From: an uncultured Planctomycetaceae bacterium
GTDB taxonomy: Bacteria; Planctomycetota; Planctomycetia; Pirellulales; PALSA-1355
Assembly: GCA_963785305.1 (NCBI GenBank)
Contig: CAWAUV010000007.1
Coordinates: 2,172,615 to 2,236,614, forward strand
DNA length: 64,000 nt
Direction: 5' to 3'
Shown here: positions 21,871-32,334 of the stretch, piece after piece
How positions within the stretch are numbered: position 1 is the stretch's first letter
Layout of the letters: the number at the start of each line of letters is the position of its first letter
The notes under the pieces: generated by a model
The model's input: the letters and a program-made list of their open reading frames with translations, nothing else
What the model was told of the DNA's origin: nothing
Database searches by the model: none
Translations under genes and position numbers: made by a program

Positions 21871-22986
21871 TCAGTAAACGCCCACGGTCGTTGCTTCGGC
21901 CAGTTCATGAAACGGCCGCACGCCGCTCACGCCGTCCCAGGGATATTTGACATAGGGTCGCTCGCGCTCGCCTTCGTCGCGCTCCAGGAACCCCGGCACG
22001 AAGAATTCACGCGTCAGGGTGGTCAGTTTCACGCGGCCGGTCGCGCCATAGGACACGGTGCGCGTGTAATCGTCGAACTCGACGACTTCGACCGCCGCGC
22101 GAGGCTGCGGAGCATAATACGCGATCTTGTATCCATCGGCAGCCGTCACCGGCTTGCTGCACGCGAGACCCATCAGCGTGTTGCCGTAGGTAGGCGTCAT
22201 ATACACGCCCTCGAGAAATTCCTCCGTGGCGAAGCGAGTCCACTGCGGGGTGAACTCGGTGCCGCCGGAGAAGATGCCCGTGATGCCCATTTCGCGAATC
22301 GTCGTGCCGCGCTTCTCCAGGGCCAGGGCCAAGGCTTCGAGGAGCTTGGGAGTGGTGAACATGCAGCGGATGTCATGGCCGGCCGTGAGGATCGTGATCG
22401 CCTGATCGATACAGTGCTGCTTGTAGGCTTCGAGATGCTCCATCCAGCCCTTTTTAATGAGCTTGATCACCCAGCGCGGATCGAGATCGATGCAGAAGCA
22501 AATGCCGCCGCGCTCTTGGGCCAAGTGTTCGATCGCCAGCCGCAGCCGCCGCGGGCCCGAGGGGCCGAGCATCAGCCAGTTCGATCCCGGCGGAAAGAAT
22601 TCATCGGGCAAGGTTTTGCTGAAGAGCGAATAGTCAGTGCGAAAGTCCTCGCTCGCGATCCGGCTCTTGGGCACGCCCGTGGTGCCGCCGGTTTCGAAGA
22701 CATAGATCGGCTTGTCGGCCAGCGCCTTGGGAACCCAGCGACGCACCGGCCCGCCGCGAAGCCATTCGTCTTCGAAGGGCGGAAATTTCTTCAGGTCCTC
22801 GAAGGTCTTCACTTCCTTGAGCGGGTCGAACTTGAGCCGCGACTTGAACTCGAGCCAGAAGGGGCAGCCGCTCGACTCGTGAAAATGCCACTGCACGGTT
22901 TCATGGGCATGCGCGTCGAGTTCGCGGCGCGCGCGATCGACTTCAGCGGCGAGGTCCGGAGGAATCGTTTGTTCGGCGGCGCTCAT
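21871..22986 (-). CDS. EhpF/GriC-like short adenylate-forming enzyme (ANL/LuxE-related)
   Basis: Motifs WHF...G.PFW...FDP.K.VKT, FETGGTTGVPK (P-loop-like A3), IDLDPRWV, TTP, GGTE, YGNT, ERD and C-terminal GVY, in the order I recall for Pantoea EhpF; 371 aa. Confidence 0.85.
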   Translation of the reverse strand: MSAAEQTIPPDLAAEVDRARRELDAHAHETVQWHFHESSGCPFWLEFKSRLKFDPLKEVKTFEDLKKFPPFEDEWLRGGPVRRWVPKALADKPIYVFETGGTTGVPKSRIASEDFRTDYSLFSKTLPDEFFPPGSNWLMLGPSGPRRLRLAIEHLAQERGGICFCIDLDPRWVIKLIKKGWMEHLEAYKQHCIDQAITILTAGHDIRCMFTTPKLLEALALALEKRGTTIREMGITGIFSGGTEFTPQWTRFATEEFLEGVYMTPTYGNTLMGLACSKPVTAADGYKIAYYAPQPRAAVEVVEFDDYTRTVSYGATGRVKLTTLTREFFVPGFLERDEGERERPYVKYPWDGVSGVRPFHELAEATTVGVY

Positions 22987-23590
22987 CGCGGCTCCTCGAA
23001 GCAAAAAAGAAAATCAAGGTTGTAAGGGGAATTCGATCGGAAGCTCATCGCTCGCCCCAGCGATCAATCACCGCCGACCATCGAGCCGCCAGCCGGAATC
23101 CTTCGTGGCGAGAGAACTCTTCAGGGGTGGGAAAAGCGGCTGGACGGGGGCGGGGCACTCCCTGGGTGGGACCGAGACGGGCAAAGGCGCCGCGGCGGCC
23201 GTTCGCCTCTCGTCGCATGGGCAGTCACCATGCAAAATACTCGACCTCGCGCCGGTAGACAACCATGGCGAGGTCGGAACACGAAAATCTTCCCCCCGCT
23301 GGGCACGCCCCGCCCTGTTCGCGGCCCCTGGGGGGCCCGACGAACCGGCGCTTAATCCCGGCCTGCTGAAAGATTCAACGGACTGCTAGGCGGGGCCAGG
23401 CCTCGCGGCGGGCGGCAAAGACGGTGTCATTGGCCCGACCCGCGGCCGAACGACCCGCACATGAGGTACGCCACGCCGGCGGAACCGTCTCCTCCCCGCC
23501 ACACCCACGAAATGTGAACTAAGTTTCAAGGCGCCTCCAACGCGTCGCGTCTTCGTTTTTATTTTCAAGCGTATGTGAGCAGATCGGGGC

Positions 23591-25090
23591 ATGGACGACA
23601 ATTATCTCAAGCAGTTGCTCGATCAGCTCGATCGCCGCGCTTTGGCGCGGCATCGTGGCGAGGCCCCGGCGCCGCTGGAGCGCGCCGTCGCCACTGCCGC
23701 CGTGATCGCCCCCGCCGCGCCAACCGCTTTCGCACCCATCGCCGCCGCGGCAGCGCCCGCCGCCGCGGCAGCGCCGACCGCCGCGGCGCCGATCGATCCG
23801 ACCACGATTTATCGCCACCCCGCCGCCAAGGGTTTCGTGCCGCTCTCGCCGCGCACTCTGAAGGAAGCGCGTCTCGAAGAAGAAGAGGTCGAAGCGATCG
23901 CCCTCCGGGTGTTGATGCAAACCGCCGCCGCGGGCCGCGACTTGGCCCAACAGCTGCGCCTGCCGTTTTCGCTCCTCGAACCGATCTTGAATCGCTTCAA
24001 GAGCGATCAATGGGCCGTTCATAAGGGCGCGGCGTCGCTTGGCGACTACATTTATCAACTCACGCCGGCCGGCTTCGAGATCGCCCGCCGCTATCGCGAG
24101 CGATCGACCTATGCCGGCTCCGCGCCGGTGGCGATCGATGATTACATCGCCAGTGTCCGCGCCCAAAGCATCGTCGAGCAATCGGTCGACGCGGCGGAAC
24201 TCGATCGCGTGTTTCGCGACTTGGTGGTGAGCCCGGAACTGCGCAATCAGATCGGCCAATCGCTGCAAGGCGGACGCGGCTTTTTCCTCTATGGCGCCGC
24301 GGGCAACGGCAAGACCACCATCGCCGAGCGTGTGTCGCTGGCCTATGGGCAGGCGATCTGGATTCCGCGAGCCGTTTGTGTCGAAGGCCAAATCATCCAG
24401 CTTTTCGATCGCTGCAAACATATCGAAGCGCCGCTCTCCGGCCCCGAGGGCGAAGCGACGAGCGAATTCGACCGCCGCTGGGTGCGGATCGAACGACCGA
24501 CGATCGTCGCCGGCGGCGAGCTCACCCTCGATCAACTTGAAATCACGGTCAACAAGTGGACCGGAATCTGCGAAGCGCCGCTGCAAATGAAGAGCAATTG
24601 CGGCACGCTGCTGATCGACGACTTCGGCCGGCAGCGCATGGCCGCCAGCGAGCTGCTCAACCGCTGGATCGTGCCCTTGGACCGCGGCGTCGATTATTTG
24701 AATCTACCCAGCGGGCACACGATTCAGATACCGTTCGATCAATTGCTTGTCTTCTCGACGAACTTGCAGCCCCGCGATCTAGTCGACGAAGCCTTTCTCC
24801 GCCGCTTGCCCTACAAGATCGAAGCGCCGGATCCCACGGAAAATGAATTTCGCCAACTGTGCCGGTCCGCCGCCGAAAAACTGAAGATCGCGCACGACGA
24901 GCAAGCGATCGATCACCTGATCGCGAAGCACTATCGCGCCCCGGGCCGGCCTTTTCGCTTCTGCCAGCCCCGCGATCTGCTGCTACAAGTGCGGAACCAC
25001 TGCCGCTTCAACAAGCTGCCGCCCGTGATAACCACGGCCGGTGTGGACACCGCCGCCCACAGCTACTTCGCCCTGATGGGTCCGGCATAA
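23591..25090 (+). CDS. AAA-family ATPase (planctomycete type)
   Basis: Walker A GAAGNGKT, Walker B LLIDDFGRQR, VFSTNL, DEAFLRR. Confidence 0.88.
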   Translation: MDDNYLKQLLDQLDRRALARHRGEAPAPLERAVATAAVIAPAAPTAFAPIAAAAAPAAAAAPTAAAPIDPTTIYRHPAAKGFVPLSPRTLKEARLEEEEVEAIALRVLMQTAAAGRDLAQQLRLPFSLLEPILNRFKSDQWAVHKGAASLGDYIYQLTPAGFEIARRYRERSTYAGSAPVAIDDYIASVRAQSIVEQSVDAAELDRVFRDLVVSPELRNQIGQSLQGGRGFFLYGAAGNGKTTIAERVSLAYGQAIWIPRAVCVEGQIIQLFDRCKHIEAPLSGPEGEATSEFDRRWVRIERPTIVAGGELTLDQLEITVNKWTGICEAPLQMKSNCGTLLIDDFGRQRMAASELLNRWIVPLDRGVDYLNLPSGHTIQIPFDQLLVFSTNLQPRDLVDEAFLRRLPYKIEAPDPTENEFRQLCRSAAEKLKIAHDEQAIDHLIAKHYRAPGRPFRFCQPRDLLLQVRNHCRFNKLPPVITTAGVDTAAHSYFALMGPA

Positions 25091-25126
25091 GAACAGCCCC
25101 AAGCCGGCTTTCGCGCGACAGGCTGC

Positions 25127-25281
25127 TAACAGTCTGTTTACAAATGCCTTCGTGGCATTTGTAAACCTCGCCAAGCGCCGAGCAAAGCTCGTCGCGGCTC
25201 GCAAAAAAACGACTTAGGTCGTTCTTTTGACACCGCATCCATGCGGCGGCGCAGCCTGTTGAATATTTCAAAAGGCTGCTA
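25127..25281. mobile_element. MITE-like element family B (~155 bp)
   Basis: Imperfect TIRs TAACAGTCTGTTT / AAAAGGCTGCTA; internal hairpins TTTACAAATGCC...GGCATTTGTAAA and CCGCATCCATGCGG; internally deleted copy at 51425-51479. Confidence 0.7.
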
Positions 25282-26744
25282 ACGGATCGCGATTTCGGCC
25301 GTGACGAATTGGCCGGCTTTGAGCAGTCCGTCCGGATTGTCGAGCAGGCCCATCAGGGCCACGGTGTGCTGCATCGGGTCGACGATGTTGCCGATCATGT
25401 CGAACGATCCGGAGATCGCCCGCGCGTGAGGCATCGCCTTGAGCCGCACTGTCCAGCGACGTTCCTCGGGCGAGAGGGCTTCGATCGCGGGCAGGTCTTC
25501 CTCGAACACATCGATCATCACCAGCAGCGAGCTCAGGTCGCCGACTTTGAACAGGTCGAGGTTCGTATCCACGATATCGCCGATCGTGATGTTTTTTTCC
25601 AGGAGCAGGCCGTCGAACGGTGCGCGGATGTCGACCTCGGCCCAGGTCTCGGCTAGATGCGCGTCGACTGGCCCGTTGCCGCGATGCAGTCGCTCGGCCT
25701 CGGCGCGCACTTCCGCGATTTCGGTTTCATCGATGCGCCAGGACCTGAGCGTGCGTTCGATGCGATCGACCGCGATCAGGTCGGCTTCGTAAAGCTGCTC
25801 GGCTTCGCTGAGCTGACGCTGCGTAATCAAGCCCCGATCAAGGGCCCGCAGCCGCTCATACTGTTTGCGGTGCATGAACAAGCTCGAAAGGGCGTTGACA
25901 AGATCGCTTTTCTTTTCGCCGACATCCTTGCTCCATACCACGGCCAGCAATTGCCCGGCGCGAACCGGATCGCCAAACCGCAGCCCTCGCGGCGGGGGAT
26001 CGCTCGCGCCGGCCGCCGGCGCCGGCTTCCCTTCCGCCGAGGGCTCGCGAACGCTCGCCAACCCGGGGTCGAGCGTTCCGATCGTTTCGACTTGGCCGGC
26101 AAAACGGCTATGCACGCGAGCCAAGCGATTCGGATCGAGCACGAGGCGCCCCGAACGCCGCATGGTGCGTCTGGCGAGCGGCGGCGCCGTCGAGCTTGAA
26201 GTCTTCGCGCCCGTGGCCGCGATCGCTTTTTCCGAATCGTCATCGGTCGGTGCGTCGAGGGCGGCCGTTGAATCGTCGTCGAGCGAATCGACATTTTGTG
26301 CGGCGGCGGCCGATTCGGCGGGAGCGCCAAAGCCGGCGCGTCGGCAACGGGAGCGCCGTGGGTGTTTCCAACCAGCGCCCGCTGGCCGGCGAGGCTTGTC
26401 GCGGCTGTCCTCGGGGCGGTCGCGGTCACATGGCTCACTTCGATCAAATTCGCCCGAGCCGCGAGCGGAGCTGGCCCTGCGAGTGGGCCCGTTGCCGCGA
26501 GTGGGCCCGTTGCCGCGAGCGGGGCGGCCACGAACTCCTCGGGCAAGAGCGAACCCTCGACCCGGGGGACGACGACCTTCCGGACCACCACCGGACTCGC
26601 CCCCGCGGAATGGCCAAGCTGCGCGGTGCGCGGCGGCGACCAAGCCCCGGCGCCGCGGAGGGCGTTGAGGGCATGGGGAGCAAAACAAGCCCCGAAAATT
26701 AAAAACGCGAGTCCGACCGCCAGCCGAAGAGGCCGAGCGTGCAT
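25279..26744 (-). CDS. RND efflux periplasmic adaptor (CzcB-like), probably C-terminally truncated; frameshift ~26330
   Basis: VHSRFAGQV...GDPVRAGQLL...IRAPFDG...GDIV...LFKVGDLS...NPDGLLKAGQFVTAEI then stop; N-terminal TM in ORF 25827-26744. Confidence 0.8.
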
Positions 26745-27031
26745 AAAAAACCCCCAGGCGAGGCTAACGATTGCTTAATCTGCTAGCAACCGCATTGCTC
26801 ATCGCTCGAAACTACACGACTTCCGTGAAACCCTCGCCTGGGGAAACGGCAATAGGCAAGTCGCGTGCCTAAGCCGCTGGTGGGATGCCGCAAGGCTCCA
26901 GCGGCGGGACAAAAACGCGGAAGCCGGCTCGCGACAACGAAAAATCGGAGAATTTCTCACGCGGAGACGCGGAGCAAAAAAGGAAAGGCTTGAAATGAAG
27001 CCAGTTCTCCCTGGGAACTGGCCAGGCCCGT

Positions 27032-27889
27032 TCAGAGCGGCGCCGGCAGATCGCGATGGCAAAACACGATCGCCGCCAAAAGATACCCCAGGGCGCCCAA
27101 GCCGACGAGCAAGCCGCTATAGCCCAGGCCGCCCAGCAGAAAGCCTTCTTGCGCATCGCGTAGAAAGAAGCACCACGCCCTGTCTTCGCGCAGCACCACG
27201 AGCGTCGGCTCGAAGGCCGTGAAGAATGAGAGATATTTGAGCCAGGTCCAATAATCGTTGACGCGACTTATGATGCGCGCGACGGTCGCGAACACATACA
27301 CCGCGCACATAAACCCAATCACGCGGCCGCGATACCGACTCAAGGCCGAAGCCAAGGTCGACATTCCGGCCAGAAACACGGCGAGCGCCAGGAGATTCAG
27401 CACCGCTGGGGCGAACACAGCGCCATCGATCGGATCTTCGAGCTTCACGGTCGCCACGCCTAGCATCGTGCCCGCCCATGCCGCCGCCGCCAGGGCGACC
27501 GCGCCTAGGAGTGTCATCGTGGCCTGCGCCGCGAGCACGGTGATGCGCCGCACCGGCTGGGCGAGCAGCATTTCCATCGAGCCGCGCCCCACCTCGCCGG
27601 CCACGGCGTCGGAGCCGCGGCCGATGCTCCAGGCCGTGAGGATCAGCACGACGATCGCTTCGTTGTATCCAGCGGCCAATCGGCCGAGCGTGCTCGCCAA
27701 CTCATCCCAGGGCACCGGCGATAGCTTTTCGACGAAGGCGGGCCGCAACCGGAGGATGGCGAGAAATCGCGACGTCGGCAATTGCCCGACAACCCACACG
27801 CGCATCCACAAAAACGCCATCAAGGTCACCCCGGCGCCCAAGAGTAGCCAGCGTGATTCACGAAACGACTTTTTCCACAGGGTCCACAT
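27032..27889 (-). CDS. ABC-2 type transporter permease
   Basis: AGEVGRGSMEMLLAQPVRR motif, ~6 TM segments, C-terminal FCHRDLPAPL. Confidence 0.88.
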   Translation of the reverse strand: MWTLWKKSFRESRWLLLGAGVTLMAFLWMRVWVVGQLPTSRFLAILRLRPAFVEKLSPVPWDELASTLGRLAAGYNEAIVVLILTAWSIGRGSDAVAGEVGRGSMEMLLAQPVRRITVLAAQATMTLLGAVALAAAAWAGTMLGVATVKLEDPIDGAVFAPAVLNLLALAVFLAGMSTLASALSRYRGRVIGFMCAVYVFATVARIISRVNDYWTWLKYLSFFTAFEPTLVVLREDRAWCFFLRDAQEGFLLGGLGYSGLLVGLGALGYLLAAIVFCHRDLPAPL

Positions 27890-28138
27890 CCGCCATGCCT
27901 CGCCTGGGGCCATTTGCCGGGAGAGCTTCTCGACACGAATCTCATCATAACGCTTCCCGCGCCGCCGCGCCGAGCCACTCGCGACTCGCGGAGCGCCCAT
28001 CGGCGGCCGTTGGCGCGTGCTCGCGACCCACGGTGTTTCGTCGCGCCGAGCGATGTTAGAGTTAGCGTTGGCTTCGTCGCGCGCGAAAGCGATCCTCGCG
28101 CGATCTCCCTGCTCCCGCGATCCCGCGAAACACGATTC

Positions 28139-28532
28139 ATGACGCCACCGACCGCGGAACTTGCTTCCGTCGACTCGCGCGACCCCGCCTATGCCACGCG
28201 CTTCGTCGACGCGTTGCTTGCCGCCGCGCTGCGCCACCGGGCCAGCGACGTTCACTTGCTGCCGGGCCCCCGCGCGCTCGAAATTCGCTGGCGGCTCGAT
28301 GGCGTGCTCCAGCCGCTCGGCGCTTCCCCCCGGCGCGACGACCGATATCGTCACCCGGCTCAAAGTGCCGTGGGTCGGGCCGTTTGGCAGCTATCACGCG
28401 GGCAATGTGCTAATGGCCGCGTTTGGCGATGGCGCCGTAAGTGCGATCTCCGACGAGATCGACTCGGAACTATTTCGCCGACTGGGCAACCGATCTGATG
28501 GCGAGCTCACGCCGCCCGCGTCGCGATGGTAA
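28139..28532 (+). pseudogene. Chimeric remnant: GspE/PulE N-terminal fragment fused to DUF1559 C-terminal fragment
   Basis: ASDVHLLP...IRWRLDGVLQ...IVTRLKV (GspE/PilB N-domain) followed directly by FGSYHAGNVLMAAFGDGAV..ISDEID..LFRRLGNRSDGE (DUF1559 H-x-DG tail). Confidence 0.8.
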
Positions 28533-29008
28533 ACCTCTTCTCCCCCTGGAAGAAGGGGCATTCAATTTCAATTGCTGTCACGTCAACGCAAGCTTCGCGC
28601 CGCGGGAAGTCTTTGCCCTTTCCACGACAATTGACCAAGCGGTATTCTCTGGCTCCGCGAGCGTCGGGCTTGCTGATCGCGCTTCAGCCAATCCGTGTGA
28701 CTTCCGGACTCGATTTTGTATTTTCCGACATTCGCTCGCCGCGCTTTTTACAACGAACGTCGCGCGGGAAGTTTTTGTCAATAGCGATTGCGCGGGCTCG
28801 CCGCCAAGTGTCTCTTGCAATCGCAACCGCTGATCCGGCCGGGGCTTTGCGCCGCTAGCGATGTGAGCGATAGCCACTTGAGCGCATGGAAATCGGTAAG
28901 GGGTCAAGCGGTACGCGCGGCGGGACCGACGCCGTGCTTGGGCGCGTCATTTGCATCCCAGCCCTTGGGTCGCGAATTGATTGCTCCGGTCGAAGGGAGG
29001 ATACTTCC

Positions 29009-29977
29009 ATGAAGTCCCTGCTGGCAACTCGAAGTGGCTCCGCGGTTCGTGCCCGGTTCGTGTCGTCGTGCTTGCTCGCCCTGACGTTTTGCGGCGTGGC
29101 TCGCGCCGCCGATGTGCGCGTCAACTTCGACCTGCCCGATGCGATCGAGTGCCGCGCGGTGACCCCGCCCGAGTTCGCCGTGGCCCATCCGTCGCTCAAA
29201 GTGATCGAGGCCAAATTTCGCGTGTCGGCGCGGGTCGACGCGGGCGACCTGTCCGACGTGGTCGACTTCATGTATGTGGTGTCGAGCGCCGATCGCACCT
29301 TTCGAGTGCAAGACTATCTGCCCAACACCACGCTCGAAAGCACGGTGGCCGAAGACCAGATCGAAGTGACCGATGGCAAGGAGAATTCCAGCACGCTCGG
29401 CGGCGAAGCCCATGTCGGCTACCATGTGTTCAACGCCAGCGCCCTGGCGAACCACGGCACGAAAGACACCCACGCCAGCCACTACAAGGAGATCGCCGCG
29501 CGGGAACTGGTCGTGGCCAGCGGCACCACCGACCGCGAGCATGGCGTGTTTTACCGCCTGCGGCCGTCGCGCGTGGCCAGCCTCGAAGGCGCGAAGGAGT
29601 TCACCTTTCTCGCGATCGTGGCCAAGAATTGGCGCGGCGATGTGTGCGTGATCTCGTGCAACGCACGGGCGCGCAAGAGCTCGCTATTCTCGAAAACCAT
29701 CGAGCCGGCGGGTGGCGCCGCGGCGCGGATCGGCCTGTACCTGAGCGGCGACAGCGAAGCGGCTTCCTTGGCCGACGACTTCCGCCTTGCCCAGGAGCGC
29801 GATGCCGCGGCGATGAAGGACATTCCTCCGGCGGAGAGCGTGTTCGACACGATCTCGCACCAGACGGTCGGCTTCTTCACGCACAAGACGCCCGATCGCC
29901 ACGGCCGGCAGAGCATCGAGGATTCGACAAGCGCGGTGCTCACCGCGCAGTCGCGGCTCAAGGCGCTGGCCCACTGA
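29009..29977 (+). CDS. Secreted hypothetical protein
   Basis: GGGAGG RBS, signal peptide ending ARA-A, beta-rich mature part, 322 aa. Confidence 0.8.
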   Translation: MKSLLATRSGSAVRARFVSSCLLALTFCGVARAADVRVNFDLPDAIECRAVTPPEFAVAHPSLKVIEAKFRVSARVDAGDLSDVVDFMYVVSSADRTFRVQDYLPNTTLESTVAEDQIEVTDGKENSSTLGGEAHVGYHVFNASALANHGTKDTHASHYKEIAARELVVASGTTDREHGVFYRLRPSRVASLEGAKEFTFLAIVAKNWRGDVCVISCNARARKSSLFSKTIEPAGGAAARIGLYLSGDSEAASLADDFRLAQERDAAAMKDIPPAESVFDTISHQTVGFFTHKTPDRHGRQSIEDSTSAVLTAQSRLKALAH

Positions 29978-30039
29978 ACCGCGTCCACCGAGCCGCGCGA
30001 TGCTCGGCCCGGGGCGGCCAGGCCGCAGGCCATGCGATA

Positions 30040-31857
30040 TCACAGCTCAATGGCCCGAAATGCTCGCAGTCCGCGGCGCATCGGCAGCCAAGTGGCGAAA
30101 GCTCCCAGGGCGCTGGCGAGGAACACGCCGCCCAGCAGCATTCCATTGACGAAGGCGGACGCGTTCTCGCCGCGCGATTCGGCGCCGACCGTGTAGATCA
30201 GATAATAGTGGCAGGGCAGCGCGGTGAGCAGCACGACCGCCACGATATAGATCGCGCTGAGCACCAGATTCAAGGTGCCTCCGAAGCCGGCCGCGATTTT
30301 CGAGGGGCTGGTCTCATGCAGGCTCGGCATCATGGCCCCCATGCCCACGGCGATGCCGGAGAGTCCCAGGCACAGCACCACGCAGGTAAGCTGGTGTAGG
30401 AGCAGCACCTTCCACCAGATTTGCAGCATTAGATCGCTCAGCAAGATCAGGAGGGTGCAGGGAATCATCGAGCCGAGCGCGGCGAACAGAAACTTGCTCC
30501 ACAAGATCGCGTCGCGATCGACCGGCAACAGTCCCAGAATCCAGAAGCGGCGCCCCTCGAGGCTGATCATCGGAAAGATGAAGCGCGTGGTGAAGGTCGA
30601 GAGAATGAGCCCGACCACGGCCAGATTCAAAAAGCTGATCATATTGACCCAGCCGACGACGTTGACATCGTTGCTGAAACGGCGAATGTTCATGAAATAG
30701 AGCGACAAGAGCGCGAAGAAGATCAAGAACTGCGACCACTGCACCGGATCGCGGCGAAAGACCTTGAGATCCTTGACGATCAAGAGTCGCATCTGACGGC
30801 TGAGCGGCCACATGGCCCAGAGCAGAAAGCGGTCGAGCCAGAAGTCGCCCTTGGGCCGCGCCGCCGGACGATCGCCGGCCAACTCGCTATATGCGGCGCG
30901 ATAGTGTTTCGACGCGGTATGCACCATCCACAGGTGGCACATCATGGCGTTCGAGATCAGCACCGAGAGAAACATCAGGCTCTCGGCCCAGGGACGCCGA
31001 TCCGACACGCCGGCGTCTCGCGTCGCGGCTTCAAGCAGGCCCGAGCTGAGCCACCAACTGGGAAACAGTCGATGCTCGCTGAACTGCAGTCGGCCCAGCA
31101 TCTCTTGAAACCAAGCCGCCGAAAACACATTGTTTTCCACGCTGGTCACCAAGGTCCAGCCAAGCACGATGGTCGCCACCAGCACCAGCAGCATCACCAG
31201 CGCCAGATGAAATGCGCACCCGCGGCATGTAGCGCACGATCAAGAGGCATAGCACCGCCCCCAGCGCGCCGGGATATAGACGAACGCCAGCATGAACGGG
31301 AACATGAGCGCGAAATAATGCCAAGGCGCCCGAGCCTCGACGCCATAGGCGATCAACATCGGGCTGCCCAGCAGCACGAAGCCCCAGCAGCTAAAAAAGA
31401 TCGCTTCTTGGAATTTGTGCAACACGATCCGCGCCGCCCGCGCCGGCGTGGTCAAGAGAAACGACGCCTCGGGATTGGCGAACAGCCCGCTATAGAGAAT
31501 GATCGCCGAACTCAAGAGCAGCATCGCCATGAGCGACACGAAGAACACGTTGTACACGGCCCGCACCGTCTCGGCCCGCGTGGCGACATGCCCGATCTGG
31601 GCACTGAGAAAGTGGAAGCCTTCGTAGAAGAGGCAAAACAGGGCGATCCAGAAGAAGACACTGAGAAACACGAGCAACGAGACCCGCAACCGCGAGGTTT
31701 CGAGCACCTGCTTGACCGAGGCGGTCACCATCCACACGCGCATGCGCCAGAATGCCTGAGCCTCGGCGTCGACCGTGATCTCGTGCGGCGCCGAAAACGT
31801 CGCGGCGCCGGGGCCCTCGCTTGGCGATTCGGTCGAACGTGCATCGGGACCGTGCAT
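30040..31857 (-). CDS. Putative ABC exporter permease (large, ~12 TM; frameshifts ~31205-31270)
   Basis: EASFLLTTP, KDLKVFRRDPVQWSQ, RFIFPMISLEGRRFWIL...ILWSK; ORFs 31240-31857 and 30040-31197. Confidence 0.85.
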
Positions 31858-31882
31858 GGGCGGTGGTCTTCCCTAAAGGGCT

Positions 31883-31962
31883 TGAGGGACTATCCGAGAA
31901 CTTCCGCGACCCCTCGACCCCTCTTCCATGCGCGGAGAGGGGAGCTGTCGGATAGGCGCTTA
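31883..31962 (+). repeat. MITE/REP-like family A, copy 2
   Basis: GACTATCCGAGAACTTCCGCGACCCCTCG...GAGAGGGGAGCTGTCGGATAGG. Confidence 0.75.
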
Positions 31963-32334
31963 TTCGGGCGTCGAACTCCAGCCGCCGCCTTTCAAGATTC
32001 ATCATAGCCGCCCCGACCGCTTGTCCACAACGAGCGGTCGCCGCGGGGATCGTTCTCGCCGGCGCGGCCATCGCCCGAAGATAATGGCGGAAGTTCGTCG
32101 GGCCGAGGTTTCGCGCGCTCAAGATCACGCCGCGAGCGGCTTAAGCTTCACATCGTTTTCTAGCGATCCACTCATTCCGCGCTCGCCATTTCGAAACATT
32201 CGATTGCTAGTTTGACGACATCGTGTTCGCGCGATCCATGGGGCGTATCGCGCGACAAGGAACCGCCGAGAGTGATGGCGCATTTACAACGGCGCGCGGC
32301 GGACAATCTCGGACTTTCGCGGCTTGACCCCGCC

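Noticed and set aside
14375..22986. Bioluminescence (luxCDE) or phenazine biosynthesis cluster
   Set aside because: No luxAB/luxD or phzA-G-like genes in the window; only the ligase/reductase pair is related.
26479..26520. 18-bp tandem repeat (ATGPLA x2)
   Set aside because: In-frame low-complexity linker in the RND adaptor; no evidence of phase variation.
26820..26970. Riboswitch-like hairpins upstream of the RND adaptor
   Set aside because: Hairpins are present (CCGCTGG...CCAGCGG) but I recognise no riboswitch consensus; an Rfam search is needed.
27890..28363. N-terminal extension of the ABC permease ORF (443 aa)
   Set aside because: It overlaps the GspE remnant on the opposite strand; permease-like sequence begins at MWTLWKK (27889).
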